Of a stretch of DNA of 64,000 nt, positions 1 to 10,180 are shown in pieces. The DNA lies in contig SMSO01000005.1 in the NCBI GenBank assembly GCA_004764695.1, positions 1,054,001-1,118,000 of the forward strand. The letters are read 5' to 3'. This DNA comes from Schizochytrium sp. TIO01. Taxonomy: Eukaryota; Protista; Bigyra: Labyrinthulomycetes. The position numbers and the translations under genes were made by a program. Positions within the stretch are counted from its first letter, which is position 1, and every line of letters starts with the position of its first letter. The notes below the pieces were generated by a model, which saw only the letters and a program-made list of their open reading frames with translations, was not told the origin of the DNA and ran no database searches.

Positions 1-26
1 TACATTTTTACTTTGGCACATTATAG

Positions 27-535
27 GTAAATACAGTGGAGATCGAGAGGTAGAGACTATTATGAAAAGTGTCATGAATGGCTTTGGTAATTCTTTGCAA
101 AATCTGAATGTGTCCGAAGCACTCGAACGTTGCTTTCCGGAGCTTATTGAGAGCAAGCCTCGCAGTGCCTATGACGCAGGTAATGCACTAGTCCTGTCAG
201 GAACATCTGGAGGGCCATCTGCTCATATGCCGAGTGGTCTGCCCCATGGTGACTCTTCTCGTGTAATCTTTAGTGTCGACTCATATCCCAGTTCTACACA
301 CTGGGCAGAAGGTTTCTTGAGCGAGGCTTTTGTTGGACAGAAAATAATCCATGAGAATATAGACGGTGAGATTACGCAGGTCTTGGGACCACTATCACGA
401 ACATCCAAGGAACCCCGCTTCCAGGTCTACCTCGCGAGTGGAGAAAATATCACTTTATCCTGGGATAGCGTTAAACCTTACCTTGTCTCTGGCAGCCAGT
501 GGGGTTCCGTCACATCCCATGCTCAGCATCCTTAG
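27..535 (+). CDS. 3' terminal exon of a gene starting upstream of the window; possible C-terminal Tudor/SH3-like barrel
   Basis: The frame of ORF 62..535 is open back to the window start, and a pyrimidine-rich ...ttatAG acceptor-like site ends at 26. The C-terminus FVGQKIIH..GEITQV..RFQVYLASGENITLSWDSVKPYL has a Tudor-like beta pattern (by eye). Confidence 0.5.
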
Positions 536-1683
536 AATCGAGGTATTTAAGGTACTGATTCTACTGTTATAGTACCTTTCACTCTGATTGATTATCCTTA
601 TCCACATCCCTTTTCTACGTGAACTCCTATAGTAACTGTGTCCTCATTCTCTGCTTTAAATCCTTGTTATAAAATTCTTTTACCTTCTTCGTCTTTCGTT
701 TCGCATCAATCCTTTAGGTTAAGTTCTGACGTTCACGTGCGCATCACTTAACAGATATAAAGAAAACGTGCAAAAGTCAGAAAGTTGTTTTATTAATTTT
801 TTTGTTCATTTGGAGTTTCTTGCTCTTTTTATTATTATGAAAGGCACATATGTATTCTCGAACTCTTTCATGCCAGAACAGTGCATAGCTTTTAAAAAGG
901 TGATGGAAAATAAACTATGAATGCTCAACAATTTCTTGTAGTACTCGATGTTCACGAAAGCAATTCACATGCAACTGAGCGTTTACAATTTCCTTCATGA
1001 GTTAGTTCTCCATGCACGTTTCAAGGTCAGATTTATGCACTGCTAACTAGGCTTTATGCAGATCATAGCAAGTGCTTACTACTTCCGAATGACATTCCTG
1101 AATCGAGACCAAAACCAGCATAGCAGCACAGCTAAAGCACTCGAACCTCTGCTCGTATTTTTTTTTTGCATATTATTCGCCTCGATAGTATTATCTTTCC
1201 TTTAGGGTTGAAGTAAGACAAGGTTTTATAAGAAAACATAAAAGGGAAATACAAATGCACTTCAAAATGAGCGACGCTATTGGTAAACAGAATGCTTCAA
1301 GTCGCCAAATATTTGATTAAATCAACCCACCTCACATCCTTCTGCTTAATCGTGTTCAACCTACGCAGCAGTTGTTCTTAGTTCATTTAGCTGACCGGCC
1401 GCTGAGGTTAGCGATGCGATTGAATGCGACGAATTAACTTAGGCCTAAGACCAATACCTTGCTTGCTCTTGTTGTCTCACTTTTCTTTACTTTTAGTGCT
1501 GCTAGTACTACCACTAATGCTATTACTATTGTTCACCAATCATGACAGCAAAAAAGGATGAGAATGTCTCTTCCTACTATTATGCTTAAATAATAACATA
1601 CTATAGGCATCCTTGCTTCCAGTGCTTGTTTCAACACGAGTCGAATCGCGACAGAGTACGAAGTTGAAGAGATTGTTGCCAGA

Positions 1684-2943
1684 ATGCTTGCGGCGTCTAT
1701 GGCACCTCTTGGCAGACGCGTGCGCGACCTGGCCACAGTCCTGCGTGGCCCCACCTTTGAAAACAGTACTAGTACTGTCCAGAACAATGAGGATATGGGC
1801 ATCTGCGACGGCGAGGGCGTCCACGGCCATAACAACAACAATAACCTCAACCAGAAGAGCACTTCCACCACTGGTAGCAGCAACAACAATACCAACAGCA
1901 ACTTATATAATGTCAATGATTACAACGGCAGTGGCAACAATATCAGCAACAATCAACTCTACAATAATGGTCAAGGCGGGACCAGCGCAGAGAAGGCTGA
2001 CCTGAACAAGCTGGAGCCACCGCCGCTGGCCCTTGTGCTCGCCGACGGCCCTGAAAGTTTGCAGCCAGACTTCCTTGAGCACCTTTGGAATCTTGCTTCG
2101 CTCCGCGTGTGCGTGGACGGGGCTGCAAACTCCCTGCATGAGCAATATGGATCCCCACAGAAGTTATCCGCAGCGCACTTTACTCCAAACCTGATTATTG
2201 GCGACCAAGATTCCATTGATCCGCGTACGAGAGATCTTTTTGAAGCACGTGGCACTCGTGTGATGCACGTACCTGACCAAGATTCGCACGACTTGGAGAA
2301 AGCTTTACGCGCGATTGCAGAGCTACAAGAAGAGACGATGCCAGGTAAGAGGTTTATCGTGATTGTACTTGGCGCGACAGGTGGCCGTGTAGATCATCAG
2401 TTTGCAAACTTCAGTATGTTGTTCAAGTTTTATGACAAGTTTCATGATCTCTTCTTCCTCTCTGATCAAACACTCTCAATTCTTCTTATGCCTGGAGAGC
2501 ATATTATTGAAAGACCCGAGGAGATCATCGGACCCACGTGTGGACTGGCACCTCTTGCTGGACCTGCCTGCGTATCGACGACAGGTCTCAAGTGGAACCT
2601 GAGCAACCAAGTATTAGCGCTTGGGGGGCTTGTCAGCTCGTCTAACGAAATGCTAGGGTCTATTGCAACTGTGAAAACTGATAACGCCTTGCTGTGGTCT
2701 AGTGTTCCGCTTGGTCTCAAGGAGGATGATCTGGTTGATGCAAATGAAGAAATTGTTAATCATAAGTCAGCTCCCCTTTCTACAACAGGCTCATCGGCAT
2801 CTGCAAATAACTGTTTTGCACCAAGTGAATCGGTGACGATGTCAACGCCATCTACTATGATGGCAGGTTCGGTATCGCCGTCTTCCGCAGTAGTAACAGG
2901 AGTAGACTGTCACCAGGTGCAAGAGGAAAATCCTAGTAGCTAA
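1684..2943 (+). CDS. TPK1: Thiamine pyrophosphokinase
   Basis: Canonical TPK motifs: VCVDGAAN, IIGDQDSI, DQDSHDLEKAL, GATGGRVDHQFAN, CGLAPL, TTGLKWNL, GGLVSSSN. Asn-rich N-terminal and Ser-rich C-terminal extensions. Confidence 0.95.
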   Translation: MLAASMAPLGRRVRDLATVLRGPTFENSTSTVQNNEDMGICDGEGVHGHNNNNNLNQKSTSTTGSSNNNTNSNLYNVNDYNGSGNNISNNQLYNNGQGGTSAEKADLNKLEPPPLALVLADGPESLQPDFLEHLWNLASLRVCVDGAANSLHEQYGSPQKLSAAHFTPNLIIGDQDSIDPRTRDLFEARGTRVMHVPDQDSHDLEKALRAIAELQEETMPGKRFIVIVLGATGGRVDHQFANFSMLFKFYDKFHDLFFLSDQTLSILLMPGEHIIERPEEIIGPTCGLAPLAGPACVSTTGLKWNLSNQVLALGGLVSSSNEMLGSIATVKTDNALLWSSVPLGLKEDDLVDANEEIVNHKSAPLSTTGSSASANNCFAPSESVTMSTPSTMMAGSVSPSSAVVTGVDCHQVQEENPSS

Positions 2944-4547
2944 TGGTTGTGCGCAGGCAACACAGCAAATGTTATTACAAATGGCACAAACCAGGCTGCA
3001 AAGCATGCTGCCCCCATCAGGATCATGTTTATGTATAAAGGTTCATCCTTCTGCTGGAGTCCGGCCATGAGGATTGACAAGGGAATTGGCATGTACGCCG
3101 AGCTAGAAATTGGCGAGAAGTAGCTTCTTGAAAAACAACCAGACAATGCAGAACCAATGTACCCGGCCATATTGATTGCGTAGTGTTCATCCATGTATGG
3201 GTACGCGGCTTCGACCATGTCTCCAAAACACATATTAATTAAGAATCCCTTGCGAGCTAGTGCGTCACCCCGCCGCAGCCATACTGCAGCACATATACCG
3301 CATGAGACGCACACCAGGGTGCAAACATCAAAGAAACCAATTGTGCTAAAATCGCCATGTTCCATTTCTACCAAAATTAGCGGCAAGGCCACAGAGTGGT
3401 AGTACCCGGTCTTGCTACCTCGGCACATTAACATTCCGACAATTGCAAAAAACAACGTATCATAATAGTATACTGAGATTTCCATACTGTTGCTATGAAA
3501 CCTACCGAATGGGTCCTGCAGGAAGGCAATGCCAATGTCACGTACTGGAATAAGTACCAATGATAACAAGTTGCCTAGCAGCACGCCATAAAAGCTGCAA
3601 GCGACCGTCATAATGATAGAGCAAGCTGTGGCGGGTACATTAGCTCGAATAAGCCCAAACAAAACCCCGGGAAGAGCGTGCGCAAGCACCATTCCCACAA
3701 TGAGCCCTGCGATAATAGAGCCTGAACAAGCAAGTCCTGCAATAGCGCTTGTCAACAGTCCCAGCGATCCCATTGCTGGACCGGCACGTCCCTGGACCAC
3801 TGCAATACAACAAAGAGTAGGTAGGCAGTACTTTTGGAGAACCTCATCGAGAATAGGATTTTCCTGGTGTGTTAAGACCAAAAGGCGCCGCAAAACAGTT
3901 ACGGCAATAAATGCAGGGACAGTTGAGTCGAGAATCGATAAGAGTGAAGGTTTGGGCTGTCCAAAATCTGTGCTTGGGTTATATGTACGCCCCAGTGCGT
4001 TGGACAGCGCGTGAGTGTATGACACTGCTCTTGACATTGCCGTGGTGGAAACAGAACCACCTCCACCTACAAAGTTTGCACCAAGCTCCATGATGCGAGA
4101 CACTGAGGAGCCACCAGTTCCGGTCATAGGCACTTGCCGCTTGATACATTCCTCAAGCGCTCGGGCGTTTATATCAACCACATCTGAGCTTACTGTGATC
4201 ATTCCTGCACAAGCTTTAGACTTGCGAATCCATTCAGCAAGGATCTTGTCGTTTGACCGAGCTCGATCATTCACATCCTTGAGACTTCCTTGGTAGGTGC
4301 TTAGTCTAGCTTCTCCTGGCAGTCTTTTGAATAATATAGCAGGTGTACCAGGTCCCGCGTGGTCAAGACCCGTTCCGTCTGCAGTTGCAACAATCTGCAC
4401 TGCTCCTAGGCAAAGGCCTGCTGCCCCAAGTTGCTTCTCTAGCATAGCTACGAATGAGGCTGGGTCGCTATGGCCTTCTGTAGCGCCACCGCCACCACTA
4501 CTGCCAATAAGTACAATCTTTCTGTCATTGAGGTCTGACGTTGTCAT
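2940..4547 (-). CDS. Multi-pass membrane protein resembling bacterial PTS EIIC-type sugar permeases, with an N-terminal soluble alpha/beta domain
   Basis: Intact, intronless 535-aa ORF. The N-terminal ~190 aa are soluble (IVLIGSSGGG, PMTGTGGSS), followed by roughly 8-10 hydrophobic segments. GYYH..LPLILVEM and FGDMVEAAYPY resemble the EIIC His motif and GITEP/EGAIPF motif. The CDS is secure; the family is recognised by eye. Confidence 0.7.
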   Translation of the reverse strand: MTTSDLNDRKIVLIGSSGGGGATEGHSDPASFVAMLEKQLGAAGLCLGAVQIVATADGTGLDHAGPGTPAILFKRLPGEARLSTYQGSLKDVNDRARSNDKILAEWIRKSKACAGMITVSSDVVDINARALEECIKRQVPMTGTGGSSVSRIMELGANFVGGGGSVSTTAMSRAVSYTHALSNALGRTYNPSTDFGQPKPSLLSILDSTVPAFIAVTVLRRLLVLTHQENPILDEVLQKYCLPTLCCIAVVQGRAGPAMGSLGLLTSAIAGLACSGSIIAGLIVGMVLAHALPGVLFGLIRANVPATACSIIMTVACSFYGVLLGNLLSLVLIPVRDIGIAFLQDPFGRFHSNSMEISVYYYDTLFFAIVGMLMCRGSKTGYYHSVALPLILVEMEHGDFSTIGFFDVCTLVCVSCGICAAVWLRRGDALARKGFLINMCFGDMVEAAYPYMDEHYAINMAGYIGSALSGCFSRSYFSPISSSAYMPIPLSILMAGLQQKDEPLYINMILMGAACFAAWFVPFVITFAVLPAHNH

Positions 4548-6185
4548 GATGAACGCTACAGGTTTTTACTTTCCTTTTTTATTGTTTATGTGACTTCGGA
4601 CTGGATCTGGCGAGAATAATTCTAATGGACTTTTTAAAAAGCTAGCCGCTCTTGCAACAACCTAGGTATATATGTATAACCAAAGGATCCTCAGTTCTCA
4701 GCCTAGAAACCAAAAATGATAAGGGCTTTTCAACCTAAAATCAAACTCAACTCAAAATTATAGATTTCCAGCTCAGCTCTTGTCCTCAAACGATTGGCGT
4801 TTGTTTGACGAGTTGTGTCCGATTGTACTTGCTCCAATGAACCACACCGAAACCTCTTTGCTTGAAAAGTTTAGGAGCTCAATCTCAAGGATACTCGCTG
4901 AAGGATACTCGCTGGTTTCTGAATATTGCAACAGCGCTCAGGAAGGTGAAATAGTCAAAAACCACGAAGCTGGCGTATCCTTAGTCACGCACACTCAAGA
5001 GCAAACGATTAAGTTCTTGCAAAGTATAGCTTCCCTGCTCTCAGTTGACTCTGCTGATGCCAATTTGTAGGAGTGGGACTGTGGATAGATTTTAGTACCG
5101 CGTGCCATCTTAAAATTTAAAGATTTCAATTTATTATCTTTTAAGTTGATTTTTTTTTTTAATTAAAGAAAACATATCATCATGTTAACTATATTAATTA
5201 AAAAAGCTAAACTAAAAAGTAAAATTTGATAACTTGAGATGCGCCTGGGCAGAAAGGTTTAAGGCTTGGGCAAAAACGACCATACTCTTTCATCAGGGTG
5301 ATGCAGTTCGGAAATTCTTTTCTAAAGAACTTGACGTTGTTTACTTAATTGTAATCCTATAATGATATCTTTTGCGATGCTTTGAGGAAACAATCTTCTT
5401 TATTTATCTCTTCTTTCAATAACTCGAATGACTCGGCCAAAGCGAATTTGCTTGCAATGCCAACGATATATGTATCAGGTTGCTAGTTTAGCTCGTCTGT
5501 TTGCTGTTGTAGGGTTTCCAGCGCCAGGTTAAAGCCTGACTTTTGCTCAATTTTGTTTTGTATAATTCTCTTCTCGCACAAGTATTTCTACCACTGGTAT
5601 TTTGATGTTGTTTCATCATAACTACAAATAGAATGAACTACTGTATTGAAACATGCCAGCTTTCAAGAAGCCCTGGTTTTGAAAGTATGGGTTAGATATG
5701 CTTACAACCTGATAAACACTCGAGGTGCCTAAAGTTAAAAAGCCAGAAATAAAAATGAAGACAAGGAAAGATGATACAATGTGGCTACTTTGGTAGTTAG
5801 TTACCTTACCCTTATTGAAAATTTAAAATTCTTCGGTAAAAATATTCTGAAGAGGGTGGGCGTTATGGATTCTGATGCCATGTTCAGAGTACCAGCAGTA
5901 ATTTTTCACATTGACTTTCGCAAAACCTCTCAATAATTTGTGGCTCCTTTCTCCCTCGGGGGCCTCATTTCTAAACTCGATCAGGATTAAAATAATTAAA
6001 AAACTTTCAGGTTGTCTTTTTTATTTATTTATTTAATTTATTTTTTTCCCCCTAAAAATGGCCATTGACTATGATTGCTTGAGTGAATGGCAAAAGAAAA
6101 AAACAACCACGGTACAAATGCCAAACCGAAATAGGATCAATCAATCTCCACAAATACAAATTGATCAAACCCGGTGTCACAGGTC

Positions 6186-6857
6186 ATGTCTGCTCTAGAA
6201 GAGGGTGCTGAGGCGCGCCTGCGCACGCTACAGGCTGTTGAATCAGCTCTGCGGGCAGAGGTGACAGCAGCTCAAGCGGATCTGGCAGAGGTGAGCGCAC
6301 GGGTGCGAGCACCGCCGACATCTGGGCTCTCTGGGCCGGAAAAGGAGTATGAGCTTGCAAGATGCCGCGTTCGCGAAATAAACTCCAAGACCATTGCACA
6401 GCTCCGCGAAACTGAATATTTATTGGAGATGCAGCTTGAAGAGACACGGCAAAGAATTAAAAAACGTAAGAATGAAGACCATGATCTCAAGGCTCTCGTT
6501 GAAGAGCTCCAAAAGGACAGCGACTCTGAGGAAGCGAGAAATCTTGTGTCTGCAATATCTACTGAAGGGAATAATGCAAGCGCCCCCCCTACGATATCTC
6601 AAACTGCAGCAGATGAGAATGCAAAGCTGCAGCGCATTGCAAAGGTATTTCTGAACAACCACTTTAATGTACCTGGGGATGTTGGGTTTTGGAAACGATT
6701 TCTGCGCATGCCAGAATCAGTCACATTAGCAGGGGCAGATGATGCCACCAACGTTGTAAATAGTCTCCTTGCTTCGGGAGTATGCGTGGAACCGAATGAA
6801 GATGAAGAGGAGGATCTTCCACCTGTGGGCGCGAAGCGTTTTATGATTGTGCAATAA
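6186..6857 (+). CDS. Coiled-coil protein, possibly a divergent CENP-K (inner kinetochore)
   Basis: First ATG at 6186. N-terminal heptad pattern; the C-terminal VFLNNHFNVP and VNSLLASGVCVEPNED..RF resemble CENP-K FLxxHFPxP and LLRxGIAxxHPxD..R. Confidence 0.55.
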   Translation: MSALEEGAEARLRTLQAVESALRAEVTAAQADLAEVSARVRAPPTSGLSGPEKEYELARCRVREINSKTIAQLRETEYLLEMQLEETRQRIKKRKNEDHDLKALVEELQKDSDSEEARNLVSAISTEGNNASAPPTISQTAADENAKLQRIAKVFLNNHFNVPGDVGFWKRFLRMPESVTLAGADDATNVVNSLLASGVCVEPNEDEEEDLPPVGAKRFMIVQ

Positions 6858-7235
6858 TAGGACTTGCCAAGCCAAAATGGAACCAATAATGTGGTTTTCC
6901 CAATGCTTGGTCTAGTTAATTAATCTATAAAGAGGTATAGTTGAGGTTTTGAAGTGGCGTTATCCAAGAGAAATCGGTTTTGCGGACTGGTGTAATGACT
7001 TGGGACTACTATTGTATTATGGGAATTCGTTATAACCCGTCTTCTACTTCGTCTTCCTCAATTTTCTAGAATGCAGACAAGTATATTCCAGAATGGTAAA
7101 TATGGCTTTCATGGCAAACTAGCTTGCACAAGGCCCCTTGTCAACGAAGGAACTGAATGAACCGGGCGAGACACTTAGTTAATAATGAAAATCGCTTTTA
7201 AAAAAATTCGTACATGCAGGATCTTCTTCTTGTTT

Positions 7236-8921
7236 TCAATTTGTTTCCATGATATTGCCATAAGCATAAACACCGGCGCAATCCATAGTAGCTTCAAGCT
7301 GTGGCGCGCGATGATCAGCGGCAATAAGCTTTACGCAAAGAAGACGAGCGACTCGAGGTTCTTCAAATTGAAGTTCGAGCCGTTGAATTGCCGAGCCTCG
7401 GGGCAAACAAAACCAGGCTGCGGGGTACAAAGCTGCATCCAACTGCTTAGGTTCTGGTCTTTCAAAAATGATGATACACGCTGAGTCTTGCAATGTTTGA
7501 ATTTCTTCAATGGGAGGCAAGACGCCTTGGCTCGAAAGATGCTGCACCTGTGCTAAACTCGTCAAGTCTGTAAAAGCAGATACCATTGCTGCTGCTTTTA
7601 GCTCCTGGATTTCTCTCGCAAGAGAGTCTGCAGCATCTTGCCCCTCTGGAACTCGACTAGCTGTCTCAAGCTTGATCACATCACACCCTAAAAAAACTGC
7701 AGCACATCGAACTGGGCTTGCAAGATCCATAGTGCGATCAATTACCAAGCGATGCAGTATTGCGTAAGATTGCACACGAGATCGACTCAAAAACGTTACG
7801 GGACGAACAACCTCAGGGTATTCTCTATCTTGAGCATGGTTGGAGTGAAATGCGTCTTGGAAAACCATCTTAGTACCTTTCATTGAGGTTTTATTTGTTG
7901 GGTTACGCGCCTTACGATCTTCAAGCTCTAACCTCTTGGATAATTTGCGTTGGAGCATGTATAGGCCTTGACGGTATTTCCCTACACTTTGTTGCTCTGA
8001 ATCAGGCAAAGCGCATTTTTTTTGTTTCATTGCTAGTAAACTTTGTACTCCAGACGAGCTCTGCATAATACGAAGGAACATCTTCTCAAGTTCATACGTT
8101 GTTACACTTGCGTCAAGCCGAGATGAGTGGCCAGGTAGACTTGGAAAGAAACCCTGGAGGCATGCCGAAAGAGCTGCAAATCGTCTGTTTTCTTCTCGTT
8201 CGATTGAATTCTCCTTGTTCAGCGATTCATTGTGCTGCATAATGGTTTGCTCATGTGTAGTGAATGACAAAATTCCGCATAAAAATACATTTGAGGCTTT
8301 TGCACTACAATAAAAGTTTCTATTGTCCGGTCGAAAGACAACGCCAGCCCAACACCGTTCTAAAGGTCCTCCACCTGGCGTGTGGCCTCCATCAGTATAG
8401 AATCCAGAAAAATTAATTGCATTGCAGTTGACTCTGCTTAGCTTCATGCATCGTTGCCAGCCATTTGGAGAAAGCAAGATACTTCTACGTATGGCATATT
8501 TCCGGTCTCGTACTTCCGTGTATAGTTTAACGCGTGTCACACTGCGTTGCAATGGGCCGTATTCACTAGCCATTAATTGTCGTAGATAAATGCGTTTCCA
8601 AAGTTGCTCATCTTGGGCGGCACAATGCAAATATCTGCAGACTAAACACAGGTTAGCAAGATCCGCAGCACATGTCACTACATAAGACAGTATCTCGCGA
8701 AGAATCTCAGAAGGTTGATGAATTATAGAATTCAGACGCGACTTCATAGCCGAGTCGTCTGCAAGAGTAGTTGTAGCAAGACTTGAATCCTCTTGGAAAA
8801 CATAACTTTGCTTGCAGACCGATCTTTCGGTGAAATATTCACAGCCTTCTGCGTCATAGAAATACTCTGCATCGGTAAACCCTAGACTTCGCAACACGCC
8901 ATTGTGCGTGAACAACATCAT
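7236..8921 (-). CDS. F-box protein with a probable beta-sandwich C-terminal region
   Basis: 561-aa ORF. F-box consensus IHQPSEILREILSYV..DLANLCLVCRYLHCAAQDEQLWKRIY at about 8726-8586. Confidence 0.85.
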   Translation of the reverse strand: MMLFTHNGVLRSLGFTDAEYFYDAEGCEYFTERSVCKQSYVFQEDSSLATTTLADDSAMKSRLNSIIHQPSEILREILSYVVTCAADLANLCLVCRYLHCAAQDEQLWKRIYLRQLMASEYGPLQRSVTRVKLYTEVRDRKYAIRRSILLSPNGWQRCMKLSRVNCNAINFSGFYTDGGHTPGGGPLERCWAGVVFRPDNRNFYCSAKASNVFLCGILSFTTHEQTIMQHNESLNKENSIEREENRRFAALSACLQGFFPSLPGHSSRLDASVTTYELEKMFLRIMQSSSGVQSLLAMKQKKCALPDSEQQSVGKYRQGLYMLQRKLSKRLELEDRKARNPTNKTSMKGTKMVFQDAFHSNHAQDREYPEVVRPVTFLSRSRVQSYAILHRLVIDRTMDLASPVRCAAVFLGCDVIKLETASRVPEGQDAADSLAREIQELKAAAMVSAFTDLTSLAQVQHLSSQGVLPPIEEIQTLQDSACIIIFERPEPKQLDAALYPAAWFCLPRGSAIQRLELQFEEPRVARLLCVKLIAADHRAPQLEATMDCAGVYAYGNIMETN

Positions 8922-10110
8922 TGTCAGTCTAGCCTATCATCAACCTTGGATCCTTTAATCTAATAATTAAGTAGCACGTGGGAATCTATATCCTTCCGCG
9001 ATTCTTGAACCAAATTACTGCTCCTTGCAAGGAATGAATTGATTAACACTCTTGTCCATGCGCTTCCTACTATTGGGGCTTGCGTCTGGTTCAACACTGG
9101 CACTCTTGAAATGCGACTTTCTTCAGCCGGATACGTTCCCTCGCACCACGCTCTTCAACCTGCTAAAGTCACTCTCAAATCAGATTTGCTTGCTCAGCGA
9201 CTTTTGAATCGTCATATCCCCAGAGCAACGTTCTAGTTTCCGTTCCAAGGGTGAAGAGAACGTACCATGGTGTTACACTAGTAGTGCATATGTAGCACTG
9301 TTTGTTCTATCTATAGATTCACATTTATTTACCTGGGGAAGGAATCGACGTTGTTGCCTATGACCTAGCAAACATTGACGGCCTTTCGAGTTGTTTAGAC
9401 AAAAACCGCACCTTACTCTGCGCAGTTCCAATTCAAGTGTTTATTGAAACATGATCCTAAATTCGCCTTGATAATATACATTCATCTACCGTAGTATTCT
9501 GCTGCTTTCTCATCACGTGTGTTAAACATCGATGCCATTGCTTTGAGTGCAGGCATAACTTGAACAGCTGGACATTGTGTTATCTATTTGCACTGATCAT
9601 TGTGCTTCATCGGCTATGCTAGAAACTCTCTGTCCACTGACATACTTAGTAGCATCGTTACGACCCATCGCGGACAAACCTAATTCCAGTTGAATATTTT
9701 AATTTGTTTCTCGATTACAGTCATGTTGGCAACGACACGAATATCTTTCTCATTCTTCAAATTTGTGCTTCGCGGCTCTACCCCGTACCCCATACTTTTT
9801 ATATCCTCGCAGATATAGGTAACCGTGAAAATCTATTTGACGCAATAAATACAAATACAAACAAATACCTACTACTACCAGCAAACCTGAATGATCTGAG
9901 AAGCATCACTTATCATCTTCATTGGGACGCTCAAGCACAGCTAACCCAACAGTACCTCCCGCACACGTCCTAAACTTATTACCCATTGACACTGAAATAC
10001 CTGAAAACTTCACTGCAACTTAGCTCCTAACCTCATAAAGATGATGAAACCGCAATTGCGGATTTTACCTTCACGAATCCTCGGACTCGCTGAGCCTTAC
10101 TTCGAGCTAT

Positions 10111-10180
10111 ATCCATCTATCCATTCATCTACCCATCCATCCATCCATCTACCCATCCATCCATCCATCCATTCATTCAA
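10111..10180. repeat. Imperfect (CCAT)n microsatellite
   Basis: Directly visible tetramer array. Confidence 0.9.

Noticed and set aside
1300-1683. TPP riboswitch near the TPK gene (GCTGAGG at ~1401)
   Set aside because: No CTGAGA core with the downstream ACCTGA/TAAT/GCG.AGG elements or supporting pairing.
4780-5070. 96-aa plus-strand ORF
   Set aside because: Short, with no recognisable motif or splice support; cannot be distinguished from chance.
5225-5620. Protein-like minus-strand reading with four stops (possible pseudogene)
   Set aside because: No family recognised, and the stop density is not clearly below chance.
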